64,000 nucleotides of DNA from the NCBI GenBank assembly GCA_965203295.1, contig CBDBCZ010000015.1, positions 256,001 through 320,000 of the forward strand. The letters run 5' to 3'. Made by a program: the position numbers and the translations under genes. Source of the DNA: Nitrospirales bacterium. Its GTDB lineage: Bacteria; Nitrospirota; Nitrospiria; Nitrospirales; UBA8639. A model generated the notes under the pieces. It was not told where the DNA came from. It saw nothing but the letters and a program-made list of their open reading frames with translations, and searched no databases. The stretch's first letter is position 1; each line of letters opens with the position of its first letter. Positions 37,111 through 50,929 of the stretch are shown here, piece after piece.

Positions 37111-38705
37111 TCCTTGATGTAACTATGTATGGAGATCTCATTTCATACCGTAAAGCAAATTTTGATCTGCATATTTATTTTTGAGACTACAGTACTTGAT
37201 ATGTCATACACGTTTGTGAGTCTACTACAACATCGGACTCAACATAGCAGCTGGAGGACAGGATCATGTATCTTGCTTCTGTTGTATAAAAAACGTCAGC
37301 CGTCACCTGTATACAAATCCAGTAACTAGTCTCATGAAAATCAGACACATGCAGCACTGATTAGGAAGCCTTGCACCTCACAGTTGGAGGATACCCACCA
37401 GTTTTCACTTTTGAGTTTCCAAACAGCTATATCAGTTTTAAGTTGACAATTGTATCAGTGACTGTACTGTGCAATAATCCTATTATATGTGTCTGGATAC
37501 TGTCATCAACTATGCAAAATTCACTGCATGAATAACAAAATAGCCTTGCACATGTGAATAACAGGCCAAGCAAGGGCAGAGGTGCAGCACAATGCTATTT
37601 GGGTACATCAGTTCGGCCCATCAATTCTGGCATTCATAAATTGCCTTATCAAGAAATATGCCTAGTTAATTAAATTTTCTATATTTACCCACAGATACAA
37701 GACTATAATCAGTATATGTAGCAGTGCTTAATTGCCTGGTTCTCAGGTTTTCCTTTTTCCAGTCTGGGTTAAACATGTAGGGAGAAAAGTGGAGGAAAGT
37801 GATATGAATAACTGTATGGTGATCTGTGAAGACTGAAACTGTAACATCTACCAGTCAGCACTGAATGAAAAGAAATTAATTAATGATGTGATTCAAACAC
37901 AGCAGACAAATGACCATACAATATTTAAACTTGGTATTAGAAAACTAGTATACTTAGAATCTGTTGTTATCTCAAGTTTGATTGCACAGTAAGTGTTATG
38001 TTCCAGAGTTATGCACTAGTGAATTCCGTCCACTTTCCACAGACACTGTAGTAGGGGTGCCAAACATTGCTCCCCCTAATACATTGTCTATGGCAATTGG
38101 ACACAGTTCACTGCATGGTTTATAATTATCCCCAGTATTTAACAAGCGGTTGTAATCAAACTTGAGATGACATCAAAGTACATTGTCCAGTACATTCTAG
38201 TTGAAAATCAGGATAATCCGAACAATTAGTGAACAGAAAGTGACGTCGTGAAGAAAACAGCCAATGCTACTTATGTACATACGTACATCACTCCGCACAG
38301 CTTGGTCCCAGCATGCACACATTCTGATCATGGACCAGTGCATGCTGTATCTCTTCTTCTGGCCTTTCTCAGTGCATAAATAGGATGGATCACTCCCATC
38401 TTGTCCTACAGAAAAGAATGTGGATATTCATGTGACAAGACAGAAACTATCCACTGACAGTACTGAACACGAGTGCTGTGAGCAAGGCAGTCATACAGCT
38501 GTACATGAAAGGTGGTTTGTGCTGTTAGCCATTTGTGAGACGACGACATGCACTCACAATAATTTATATGAGTATCCATATAGTGCACCAAGGACTGCTG
38601 GCTGTACGTATGTGGTAATGGGTGTGACGGGTATAATGTACATCCTCAACCTCTGTACATTAATTTCCCATTCATCCAGTTTCTCTACTGTTTTGTGTGC
38701 TAAGT

Positions 38706-38890
38706 ATAGGTTAGATCACAGCAACGAGGGCTCTAACTGACATAGACACCCGTGGGAAAATCAGAGCCTAAGGGCGCAGCCCGAGGTCAATTAACACAGT
38801 CAGAGGGTGAGGGATTTTCCCAAGGGTGGTCTACATCAGTTAGATCCTGAGTGCATGCTGTGATCTAACCGACTTAGGCCATGCACTGCT
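38706..38890 (+). mobile_element. Palindromic family, locus 5 (3' end unresolved)
   Basis: 5' ATAGGTTAGATCACAGCA ... TGCTGTGATCTAACC; apex AAGGGCGCAGCCCGAGG; followed by GACTT as in locus 6. Confidence 0.72.
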
Positions 38891-39829
38891 GTTACTGTAA
38901 ATGAATTTTCATGTGGGTGCTAAAAGTGATATTATGTACACAGGGATTTAACTGACATGAACACCCAGTATCTAACAAAGATTATTCATGAGTGGTCTTA
39001 TGATTCTTTGGTGAAAATCAATAATGAGTGAACAGAAGTGACATTAGTGCAATCATAACTCATGCAAGATTAGTCGAAATAAGGGGGGGGCCTCACTTCA
39101 TACACATTTATTCCTTCTGCCAAGTAACGATGCCACACCACTTAGCTGCTGGCTGCAAAAAGATCAGGTGGCTCTACATACAAGCCCATTCAGTCCCAAT
39201 TTGCATACAGCCAATATAGCTCAGAGGTACAGTGCATTATGTAGCAGCATCTCCACCTTGTCCTGCCACACATGTCATGTTAGTAGTACACACTAGATCC
39301 AAACGCATCTCTTACCACATGTGTATCCATGCAACAATGCTACGTATCCTAGAAAGAGCAAATATGACATGAATACAACATGGATATTCCTAACAATGTT
39401 TCATACAAAGGGAGGGGGGCGCATTGGGATCTCCTTCCACCCCTTCCCTTCAGAATTATGATGTCATATTTACTGATGCTACTCTGATTTTTAATTCAAG
39501 TGTTGCATAGTTAGTTAGCTGCCAAAGCCACCAGAATTATATAAGATTGGGGGACAAGCCCCCAGACCCCCTAGAAGGGTGTGGTTTGCACATAGTTCGT
39601 TTCACAAGGTGTACACGTAAGTGATGGCTAGCTTCTAATGAGTGATTATTGCATACATTGACTATCCCTAAGCATTAAGTCTCCATCCCACAGCAAAAAA
39701 TCTTGTATGAAACTCTGCTTAAGAGTGACAGTATGGCCAAGCTTAAAGATACACTGCCAAGTATAATGATAAAATTCAGCGCAAGTAAAAAATGGTACAG
39801 CTAGTGCCCCAGAGCAGAAGAAAATACTC

Positions 39830-41230
39830 ATGTTGTTGCCGTAGTACTTGCGCCATTGATCACATGTACCCACATACGCAGGCGGAACTTGCATGATCTC
39901 CAGTCAGAGGACAAGAGCAAGAGCAACCAGACGTTTCACCGTCCTGATCACCATATATCTTATTCTTCCAAGTATCCCAGATTAATAATACAAAACTCTT
40001 AACTAGTTTTAATAAAGCCTTAAAATCATACCTGTCCCAATTTTCCACCCTATAATAAAGCCTGTTAATTCTCTTAATTATTGAGTGCACTATAATTTGC
40101 AAAACTGCCCCACAACTGTCTAATTCTCCCATGAAAGTATTTCTTATGGCAGCATGCACAGGACACTCCCAGAGCATATGTACTACACTCTCAAATTCAT
40201 CCGCACAACTTACACTGCCTGTCATTTTTACCCCCATGTCTTCCTTACACTTTATTCAGACCATTATATTATAATACCTAAATTTAAACAGCAACCGTGT
40301 TCCTGGATCCACTGAGAGTAATTCTTGAATTTTATTTCCTTACAAAAAGACTTGTACAGACTCAGTTTAACTTTACTATTTAAGTCATCTTTTATATTCG
40401 CTCTCAATATCTCAACTCTTTATCTACTCTCTCTAGAAACAAATTTACATTGTTATTATTTCCTGTCTGTCTTGATTCACTGTAGCAACAATTCACTGAT
40501 TAGTTTCCTCCAAGTCTTCTTCTACCTACCTCTACACAGATTCACTTCCCACTCAGAGTCTAGTAGTAATCTCTCATCATCCAAATATTATTTTTGACTT
40601 TATACCACCACTTAAGTTTGCACCTTTCCCTCCTGCCTTTTAAAGACTCTAACTCTATATCCCCTCTTACTGCTTCATTGCAGGTTTTAGAAGAGCAGCC
40701 AAGTTTCTTTTTAGCTGATTAGATTCCAAGGAAGCTGTCTGTCGTTTATTGCAAGCCTACACTTCACTACCATTACTCTAAAGTAGGGTGAAGTACCGAA
40801 ACTAACATGATAATTATCCTTCTTGCAACTGTACTGAAAATCCTATCACTTAGAAACCTATAGTTTTTTAATTCCACTATTTATTACCTTCTGTACATGA
40901 CCATCCCTTCAACCATTATTAGTAAATTCAATGCCCAAGTAACAGTAACTTAAACCCTTGGAATGTCTGCATTTATTACAAAAGCCCTGTACTACATCTA
41001 ATTAACATTTGTAAGTCCTCAGCATTTAGTAGTTAAACCTACAACATCATTAGCAAACATTAGACCCCCAACCTTAACATCCTTCTCCTTCTTAATAGTA
41101 ATGCCAATCCCAGCCTTCTCAACCTCTTCTAGAGAACATGGCAAAATACTACAACCCTGTGCCACTCCCTGACCTATATTGAATGGTTTGGATTTTTCTC
41201 CCTCCAGTAAAACAGCACTCATAAGAACCT
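39830..41230 (-). mobile_element. Degenerate LINE: RT C-terminal half through CCHC knuckle and 3' tail
   Basis: ORFs 41019..41354 (GVAQGCSI, LMFANDVV) and 39860..40237 (CADEFESVVHMLWECP); reading KCKLKWWYKV continues across 40612. Confidence 0.88.
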
Positions 41231-44200
41231 TGCATACAAAAGGAAAGTTCTCTGAATACTGTAAAGTGAAGTTAATGTGAGTAGTTGAAATATTGGCGGA
41301 ATTTCGAAAGTTGGTACTCAGAGAATTTTCCTTTCTTAAGAGAGTAGATTTCAAATAACGTTTACTTACACATTTTGCACTATTTCATACAGGGTACGGA
41401 GTTAAGCTCTCAAGGTGGTATACATGTTCCCACAGCATGAAAGTCTCAGGCAAAACCACATAATTGTATTGTTGTGAAAAATACGTTCAATTTGGCTGAA
41501 AAGAGGAGAATTAGACCTCCTTTTTGTAGGTGAACACAGTAAACCTGATGTACTCAGCTTTGAAGAGCAGACTCCAAGTGGATCAATGTTACTGGCAAAA
41601 AGATTTGCAGAAAATGTTTAGAAATGTTTTGTCTGCAACTTTTGAGAATTTTTGAAAATAATAACACCTACATGTACGTGGAACAGTTGGTTGTGAAACA
41701 TTGAAATCACCCTATAAAATTATTGTTGAACTTTTGCCATAATGATATTCTATCACTCTAAATTCAAAAATGAGTTTTGAAGATGTTGCAAATCACCTTT
41801 GAAACTCACTGACAAAACCGAAATACGATACATTTCATTAATTATGTGATGTTAACTATGTAGCCTGAACCTTTCACCACAGACTGTTCAATATAGGTGC
41901 TACTACACTTAAAATCTAATGTTTTGCCTGTAATTTTGATCCACTTGGAATCTGCTCTTCAAAGGTGGGTCAAACATGGTGCATCTGGTTTACTGCATTC
42001 ACCTACAAAAAGGAGGACTAACTCCCAACGCTTCTCTTATCAGCCAATTTACCAATTTCAACAACAGGGTTGTAAATTCCTGTGGTTTACCTATCTAATT
42101 AAGACATTTATGTTGGCAGATTTACTTGTACCACTTTTGAGAAATCAACTCCAAACCCTGTAGAAAAATATATGGAACAGCATATGTACATACATATCTA
42201 CTCTTGCTCTGGAGCATGCAGAAGGGGTGAAACTTATACCACTATGATCTATAGGAGAAAGTAGGATTTTCCACTTTGGTGAAAACATGGTTGTTGAAGA
42301 CATTCATGACCCTTCCAGCACCTAGGCCTTGGACTAGAGAGCTATAAATTAGGGTTCAAGTCATCAAGTGCCAATCCAGTGAAGTACAAGCCACAGCATG
42401 GCTCATATCACTCTCCAAATGCAACAGTCCACAAGCAAAGCACATCACAACTACATGTAAATCACAGCTACATGCATATGTATATGTAAATAAATCTTGA
42501 AGACATTCAAAGTACAAGCCACCCTACAAAATGTCTGTCTTGCTCATGGCACCTCACAAGCAAGGCAATACCTGACAGAGGTTCCAGTTTAGATAAAATG
42601 ATCAGGGAGCTGAATCTACGTAAAACTCACAGCGGAGCACCCATACATTGTATATGAGTATAGATCCAGAGTAGGTTACACTGCTCCTGCACTAGAATTA
42701 GGCTAGCTAAACTGCTGCGTTTCAAAACCTAAATGACACACCACACCTAATCATATGACAGCAAGCTACTATGCCACCAGAGTTCATGCAAATACAACTG
42801 CAGCTATCAAAATTAATGCCTTGAGCTTTAGTTTCTGCTATTCTGTTAGTAGCACATCGTCTACTAATGTACTATCTATGCCTTACCCCAACATAGCTGC
42901 ACAGCCTTGCCTCAGCTGCTCAGTGCACTCATTCACTGACTGTAAACTAACATAGTACTCTACACTCCTCGACCTTCAGCTGCTCCACTCTGAGTAAATA
43001 TCCCCCCAATGATATTACTGCATGACTGTCACTCACAGTTCTTGCCAACATCTATAGGTATATAAGCCCAAAGAAATTGTCCGCAGTCTCAAGAAGCCAC
43101 CAAAAGCGACCTTAGAGCACTTAAGATTCAAAGGGAATATGCTGCTAAAGTCTTTCCCACCTCAACCAAGTGAATCTGTATAAAGATCTGATTAGGGCTG
43201 TACAGTTAAGGACAAAAATAGCTTCTCACCACCACACTGGGGTACGCAGTAGAGTATGTTTTTCAGTTATTTTCTTTCCCTGATTCCTTGGCAAGCTGAC
43301 AGAGTGAGATAATAGATAAAAAATCAACACTAGCAGTGGCTAGCAGAGGTACTATTATTAGAGTGGTAGTTATGTGCTTAAGTCATAGCAGGGAGCTAGT
43401 GCTGTTATCTCAGTACAGAACTAGTGCAAATTACGTATAATAAATCTCAGCACAAACACTCATAGAACCATCATGTAGTATTTCCTATAAGCAGAACGTC
43501 CAATATCCAAAATCACTGGACATTGCACTCGTCTTGCTTGATCTGGTTCATTCTTCAGACTCAGCCAAAAACAGTACAGACTCGTCCAATATCCAGTGAT
43601 ACTGGATGCTGTTCATCCAATAACATGATCTAGTACACATGTAGGCTCACATGGGAACTCACCGCTAGCTCAAGAATTCTCACTCGGCACATTTTTGAAT
43701 TGGCTAGAACAAGTATTCAAAATATTTCATAGCTCAGTTGGTTCCTATGCTCAACAGTATAATATTATGACAGGACACATGCTAGTAGAATAGCACAGCT
43801 CCAGTCTGGGATCATACCTGCACAAACAACCCTTCTGGAAAGGAATCTCCAATCTCAAAAGGGCTGTGATACCCACGCAGTTCTGACAGCACCATTTGTT
43901 GTGATCTTGGATTTGAAAGTATAACTATGTACTACAGTTCACATTTTCTGCAATGCGTATTCTGTCATCTGATTGGTTAGCACACTTCAAAAGTCTCTTT
44001 CTCCTACACAGCTCCATGTACAACTAATAGAGGTCGCCATATCATGGTATGGTGGGACTACTGAAGTTGTGGTAGCTGTGACAGGTGATACATCAACAGA
44101 ACAGAAACTGTATGCAGTGTACATGTATAGTTCATCATATGTATGTATGAAGACAAGCGTCTTAATTGGGCTGAGAGATTCATAACAATTAATGTCTGTA

Positions 44201-46557
44201 TAGCAGCCACTCAGTATGCTCACTGATCTGACGTATCGTCCTGACCTTACTGCAGCAGTTTTATACAGGAAGTTTGAATGTACATCTCTTGCTTGCAATC
44301 AGTTTAGCTTGTAAACTCTCAATGCCTAAACCTAGAATTTATGGTTACAGGGGGTACTTTGCTGATATTCAAATCTCCAAATCAAGTGGATGGCTATGTT
44401 GACAACATAAAAGTATACACCAAATTGACAATAATTATGAACATAACCACACCCTCTACTAAAGAATCCACAAAAATGCATTTTCATTAATTTTACTAAA
44501 ATGAAAATTATCGGATCTGCTAGAGCCCCACTTACAGTATGACAATATCACCAGTACCTACATAGGAGACAGGCTAAAAATGTACTTTGGCTTTTTCACA
44601 AGTGTTTCAAACCCAAATTTATAGCCCAGAACGCATCTAACCACCCCAAAACGCTCATTTTCAATATCCTGCCTTTCAAAAAAAATTATATGCCTGTCCA
44701 CTTCCGCCCGGCTTAGCTGCCTTACAAACTTCAACCAACTCACAGCAAATATATGTTACATTCACCCCTCAATTATTCAAAACCACCCATCAAGGCACTC
44801 CCTATAAATCTTCACAAATTTTCACACAGCTAGCAAACCACAGCTCGCTATGCAAATGGACGGATCCTATGGACCGTAAAGGTTAAAACTATAGCAACAA
44901 CCTGTCAGCATATCCGTCTGTCTGGCTGACTCATAGGCACTTCAGCCACCTAACAAATTTTGTGGAACACACCAGCTGACTATTCAGCCATAATTAGCCT
45001 ATATGCTTCTCACCACTATATATACAAGGTCCTATTTTAAACAAAAATTGAAAGGCAACACTAGAATACTGCTCAAACACATCAAAGTGTCAATATCACA
45101 CAGCAAAGAGCTGTTATCCACATCAAATTGACACATCCCTCCAGTTAATTCCAGTTTCCACCATGGAAAACATAAACATATAAATTAGTGCCATGTGAAT
45201 GACGTCTTTAATTATTAGAAGAACCACACGAAGCGGTACCACCTCAACCTTATGCCTCAGCTAATGCAATGCCATGTATAATACCAAAAATTCCAATTAC
45301 TCAAAGTCCACATTTAATTGTTCACAATCCATGAGTGTGTTCTCTGATCATCGAAAAGCAGGCTCTTACAACAGTTCATCTAAAAAACACTTAGAAAATG
45401 TGTACTATGCTCCAACCAAAGGGAGTAGATTTGAGGTTACAACCACTTTGCCACAAAGTGCAAAGTATCATGAAGCGGTTTCTCAATGTTTTTTTATTTT
45501 CCTATATAATAGGAATAGGGAAGCCATACAGTACAGAGCAAAAAATTTAACTCCCAAGTTTAAAAAAATAGCGACTCTAAAGTATTTTCGATCTCACTTT
45601 ACATGTGAAGCCTGTGTCATGTGACATAGTTAATCGCAAGCGGCAACAGATTCTTGAAACTGAATGATAATGCCACCACGAACTGTCTGACAACGACAAT
45701 GGAATTCAACGATACCCAATAAGATCAGGAGCGCATAATGACTTTTTCTTACGTCATTATGCGCTCCTGGTAAGATACTACGGCACTGATTCTGTGGTCC
45801 CTACTAATAAGGAGTTCATAATTTTACGGTAATACCACACTCACCTCCATACTGTCCAAGTTCCTATGTCCTTCCAATCTTTGGTAGAGCTACGAGGTTA
45901 TTAACTTGGATTCGAGCACTCGCTTGCGCCATACAAGCCAGCCAATCTTGTATAGAATTTGAGAGCCTACAAACAAGATGGACACAACTAATTAACCCAG
46001 GGGTGGAGAGTACCACTCTGGCTCTTGTGCAGGCCTTGGTAGTATTTCACCATCCTGGGTACATGAACCCCGATGCTCATAAGCCCCTGTGGGCACCCAA
46101 TTCACACATTCCTTGACAGATGGGTGCAACGCACTTACAAGAAAATTATGGAACCTTCTTGTCCCCTCCTGTTCCACATCTTCGTACTTGCTCAGCTGGT
46201 CCTATAATTTAGGCCATCATCCAATGGTTGGAAAACAATCTAGTGGCACTTGCAAGTTGTCTGATAGTATAGTGCAGAGGCATTTATGCGGATCAGTGAT
46301 GGCAGACCTGGGCCATGGGGGGTGCAGCTAGCCAAGAGTTCCGAGGTACTTGAGATGGGGCAGAGTACGTTACAGCCATGCATAGCTGCGGGGCCCCGAG
46401 AGGGGTCTAGAAATCAAGTGCCACGTACGGATCCACGGTTCGGAAATTGCTAGCGAATGCCACTGATCCATGCTGCTGCGAGGGTACAACTCCAGCTAGT
46501 CCAGTCCACGTGGTGTCGACCTCAACGCGAGATATCACCATGATTTGCAGGCTTTGT

Positions 46558-47090
46558 CAGGGGCGCCGGAAGCACTTTTGCATTGGTCCGGCTGACGAAC
46601 AGAGCGCCGAGAGTGTACTGCGTAGCAGGCCCCTGCGCGAAGCGCGGAATTTTTTTTCATTACGCTTTTTAAAGGGTTAGGAACGGCTCTCATGAAGTCT
46701 CTACGAATCAGTACTGCCCACGCGCTGCATAGTATCAGAAGTATTAGCTCAAACATCCGAAGTAATCTCCAGAAGTGAAATACCAGTCGCACAAATCTCC
46801 CACGTTGTATCGAGTACGCGGATTATGCGCGATCGCAGATCGCGTTCAATAATGGGCGGGGCCTCAACGAAAGCTCGATCGACGCGGCCTGCCGTGCTGT
46901 AGTCTCGCGGACCAGACTAACCTGTCTCTCAACAGTAAGCTCAGCGGCAGAATCCAGTTCGACAAATGACCAGCAACTGCTTCACTAGTATAATATTGTA
47001 TAGTCAGCACTAACGTCATCATGACGTAAACTGGGCGTGAACATTGGTCCGGCGACCGCCGGACCTGTCGGACCGGTTCCGGCGCCCCTG
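46558..47090. mobile_element. 533-bp MITE, CAGGGG termini, 5-bp TSD (hAT5-like); present only in copy B
   Basis: TIR CAGGGGCGCCGGAA; TTTGT at 46553-46557 and 47091-47095; empty site GGCTTTGTTCTGAC at ~19861. Confidence 0.93.
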
Positions 47091-48412
47091 TTTGTTCTGA
47101 CACTGCACCCTGGGGGGCTAGTCGTATTGCGTGCTGGCCGCTAAAAGGAAGCCTTGTCTTCGATGCCTTGAAAACGGAGTAAGGTATGAGCATGCTCTAT
47201 AATGTATCTAGTATATACACTACGTATAAATAAGATAAGAATGCGAAATTAATATCACAAGGTTACGCACAGCCATTGACTATTCGCCGTACTTGTACAG
47301 GCATCTTGCAACGTGCATTTCAATGTACACTTGCAAGGCCTCCGACCACACGTGTTCTGGTATTCCGCAAACGGCATAATGAATGTGATTAAGCTTATCT
47401 TAATTGCTGTAGAGCATTATTAGGATGCTTCCTAAATGCTCAGTGACACTGACACATGGTGTATAATTTGGTGTTGCTACTACTTGTAACTCAGCAGCAG
47501 TGACAACGCTTGTCCACACTACACGTGATGCCTACAGTCTACTAATTAGTATGGGACAATGCATGGGACAATCATGCACACGATATAAATTGGCAGGGCT
47601 TGTTTGTTTCATCTCCATTGCTTCTAAAATGATAACTGTAGAGAGTAGAGTAGAAGAGCTGACCTTCTACTTTATTCTCCATAGAATGATCACTGCATCG
47701 ATTCACTTAGAGCGTCTGGCCAGGAGGGAGGGGGGGAGGCTGGCAACAAGGCTAGTACAAGGCTAGTACCATAAGCTAACTGCTCATATAAAGGGCTGAG
47801 AGCCATACTGGGCCAATGGTGGTCTAGATTATTCTAGCAATTAAACTTCTTCCCCGTTTCTTGTTTGTGTCCCAAATGAATGTAGGAAGTCATGTTTGCA
47901 CTGCATCATTGGGGGCTCACTCCCCAAATGAAAGAATTCATGTTTTTCTATTGTAAGCGCCAAACCCTGGGGGAGGTCTGGGATTGAGTACGCACTGCTG
48001 TACATTCTATAAGTGTGTGTAGCCTCGTTCCCAGTCTCCACTCCCCAGCTTTTTTGCATGCAGGAAAAGGTTGGTGAGAAGTGGAGACTGGGAACGGGGC
48101 TACGTAGTGTGTGTGTGCTAATAGTACATTCCACCCTATGAAGCAATCTAAGACTTCTGTAATGCTGCAGTGTTACCATGTTATGACTGGTTAGATGCAT
48201 GTTGCTACTTATAAATAATCCTACGTACATTCAAGCCACAAAACAAGGGGTAGAATACTAGGGCTAATTACTAAATGGAACACTTATCCCTGTCCCTATT
48301 AAAACGCACTGGACCCTATAGGTTTCCTGTCTCTTTCCTCGTTATCTTCACTGAAGTTGATTAGCACAGTACAGTTTTAGCAGACCGTTACTGTGATCTC
48401 TTTCTCACACAG

Positions 48413-48660
48413 ATTATAGTAGTAATGTACTAGCCAATCAAATCGCTAGAAATGGCAACTATAGTCCTCATTTCTGCAATTTAATTGCCTAGTATGTTAC
48501 TACTATAGCCCACCCGGATTATGGCTCAACCTCCATTATTGGCCTTGGAAAAAAAAATTCTCTCAGAATGTGCTAGGCAGAGCCCTTGTCCTCCCTCAGG
48601 AAAATTACTTTCCTCGGCCAATAATGTCAGTTAGAGCCCTCATTGTGGAGCACTAACTAT
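48413..48660 (-). mobile_element. Palindromic family, duplicated copy of locus 4
   Basis: Paralog of 21203-21450. Confidence 0.6.
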
Positions 48661-49468
48661 TACATTCATGCTCTTCTCCCACCTGCATACGTTAGCTAGC
48701 TAGCCCTATAATAGCTGTGGCCATGCCACTGTCTTCAGTAAATCAATCCCAGTCTTCACCTCAGCTGCATTATTATAATATTATGTTACACATGTGTAAC
48801 TGTTAATTGCTGAGCGCCTTAGCACAAGGAAATTAATGTCTCCGCTTTCGGCCCCGGGGACCACCCTGGGGGGAGGCACATGTTCAAGACTTTGTACTGC
48901 TGGTGCATAAACAATCAGAGAGTTATTCAAGTGGATCACTGTGTTTTACCAAGGTTGTCTTATTGCAGCTCCAATATCACTGTAGTTTGAGTAGCTTCTG
49001 TTCAGTAGAGACGTGACGGCCTGACGGTATCGTGGCAAATCGAGCGCTATGAACAGAAGCAAAGCCCAGTGACTCTGTGTCAACCATAGCTGGGCCTTGA
49101 AAGTACGTTTCAGACAGAGACATCCACCTACTGACATGCTGAAAGTGTAGTCACGTTGTTGTAGCAGCTTCCAAAGTGGGTGTGGTTTGCGATTCCTCTC
49201 GATCTAGCTTTCCATGTGTCTGCGCGAAGCCTCACTGTGCATGTGTATGTCTAGTAGAGCCATTGGGTGAGGACTTTGGTGGCGCAGTAATACTATTTAG
49301 TGCAAGCTCAGTCTGGTAACCAATTTTCTGGCTAGACCCTGTATGAATAATCTCATGAATATAAATAATACTGTTGTAGCTTTATCATACCAGCAGGGTT
49401 AAAAGTTCAAGTACTGGGAGTTTATCTACAGGGGACAGATTTTATGTTTCCATGCACATACACATTAA

Positions 49469-49932
49469 TTAACGTACTGCATGACATACGTACAATAATG
49501 TGACTTTGCAACCCCCATTACATCATAACAAAGGTCCATTGTACCTAGATAGCAAGTGTTCCCACTTTCATTATTTCTAATTAGTACAAGGTTATAACAG
49601 TTTATTTTCCTGATAAAAGGTGATTAGTAAGTGGCAATGCTATGCATGGCTTCAGCTTGGTTAGCAGAATATTAAATGTGTGCATACCTTGTATGCACAC
49701 ATTGTATTAACGTACTGCATGACATACGTACAATAATGTGACTTTGCAACCCCCATTACATCATAACAAAGGTCCATTGTACCTAGATAGCAAGTGTTCC
49801 CACTTTCATTATTACTAATTAGTACAAGGTTATAACAGTTTATTTTCCTGATAAAAGGTGATTAGTAAGTGGCAATGCTATGCATGGCTTCAGCTTGGTT
49901 AGCAGAATATTAAATGTGTGCATACCTTGTAG
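49469..49932 (+). repeat. Local tandem duplication, 238-bp period, copy B only
   Basis: AACGTACTGCATGACATACG at 49471 and 49709; single copy at ~23013 in A. Confidence 0.9.
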
Positions 49933-50929
49933 CTAGTATTGCTATGCTTATATTGTTCAATGAACATGAAAATAAAATATAACATTATACAACTATTGAG
50001 GCGATCATCCGTGCTATCTCTGTACACACACCACCTCCTACACAACAAATTTCAGGTATTTAGTGTAAACACCCCTCTAGTTTTTTAGTAAGTATTTTAC
50101 ATTATATGCAGTTTTATTGCAGACATTGTGGTTTTCTTAGTGCAAGTGGGTGGTACTTTTCCAGTTGTTACACAATCATTTGCACTCCTTATGGTAGTAA
50201 GAGTAGGAGTGCACATGCAACACCCAGAAAAGAGTTCATTAGCAATGCATGGCTACCTTAACATACAATCCTGCATTTTGAAATGGTTTTCTAGAACATG
50301 TACTTAAGTGAAAGAAGTTACACAGAAAGTGGATGAATGCTGTACAGTGGACCATGCCAACTACAAACTGCACCTCTTTTTATTAATCAGCCTTATTAAT
50401 AATGCAAATAAGACACCAAAAATAGGAGCACCTCTCAGTGAATTGACGATACCAAAGTGCGCATATGCGCTTTCTATGTACGCTTCTATATAGAAGCGTA
50501 AATGTATGTAAGCGCTCGAGTGCGCGGAGCATGCAATCGTGATCGATTACGTAATCTGAGCCACCGATAATTACGTAATCATCTACGCTGCCAATGATTA
50601 CGTAATGCGACGGAAGCTCATGATACATGTACACGAGGCCAAGTCTGCACTTCGCCGTCACGTACCCAGTCGTCTATGATGTACAGTTCAGCATCAAATA
50701 AAAAATACCAGGCAGGTAACGCATGTGCACAAATTGTTAAGAGAACCGTCTAGAAGAGAGAATATGCATGCATGCACACAATAACAGTCTCACAATTACA
50801 AGGTCAAAAGAAAACTCACATTAGAGCAACACAAGAAAAACCTCACAACTACATGAACAGAGCATATGCAAGTAAGCATAAGGTTTGTTCCCTTGTATGT
50901 ATAGAAAGAGCCATCATCAACCGTCCTTA

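Larger units (their letters stand above)
13530..40611 (+). repeat. Tandem segmental duplication, copy A (~27 kb unit)
   Basis: TTAAGTTTGCACCTTTCCCTCC at 13530 recurs at 40612; colinear to the window end (37026 aligns to 64000); paired ORFs throughout the track. Confidence 0.97.
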
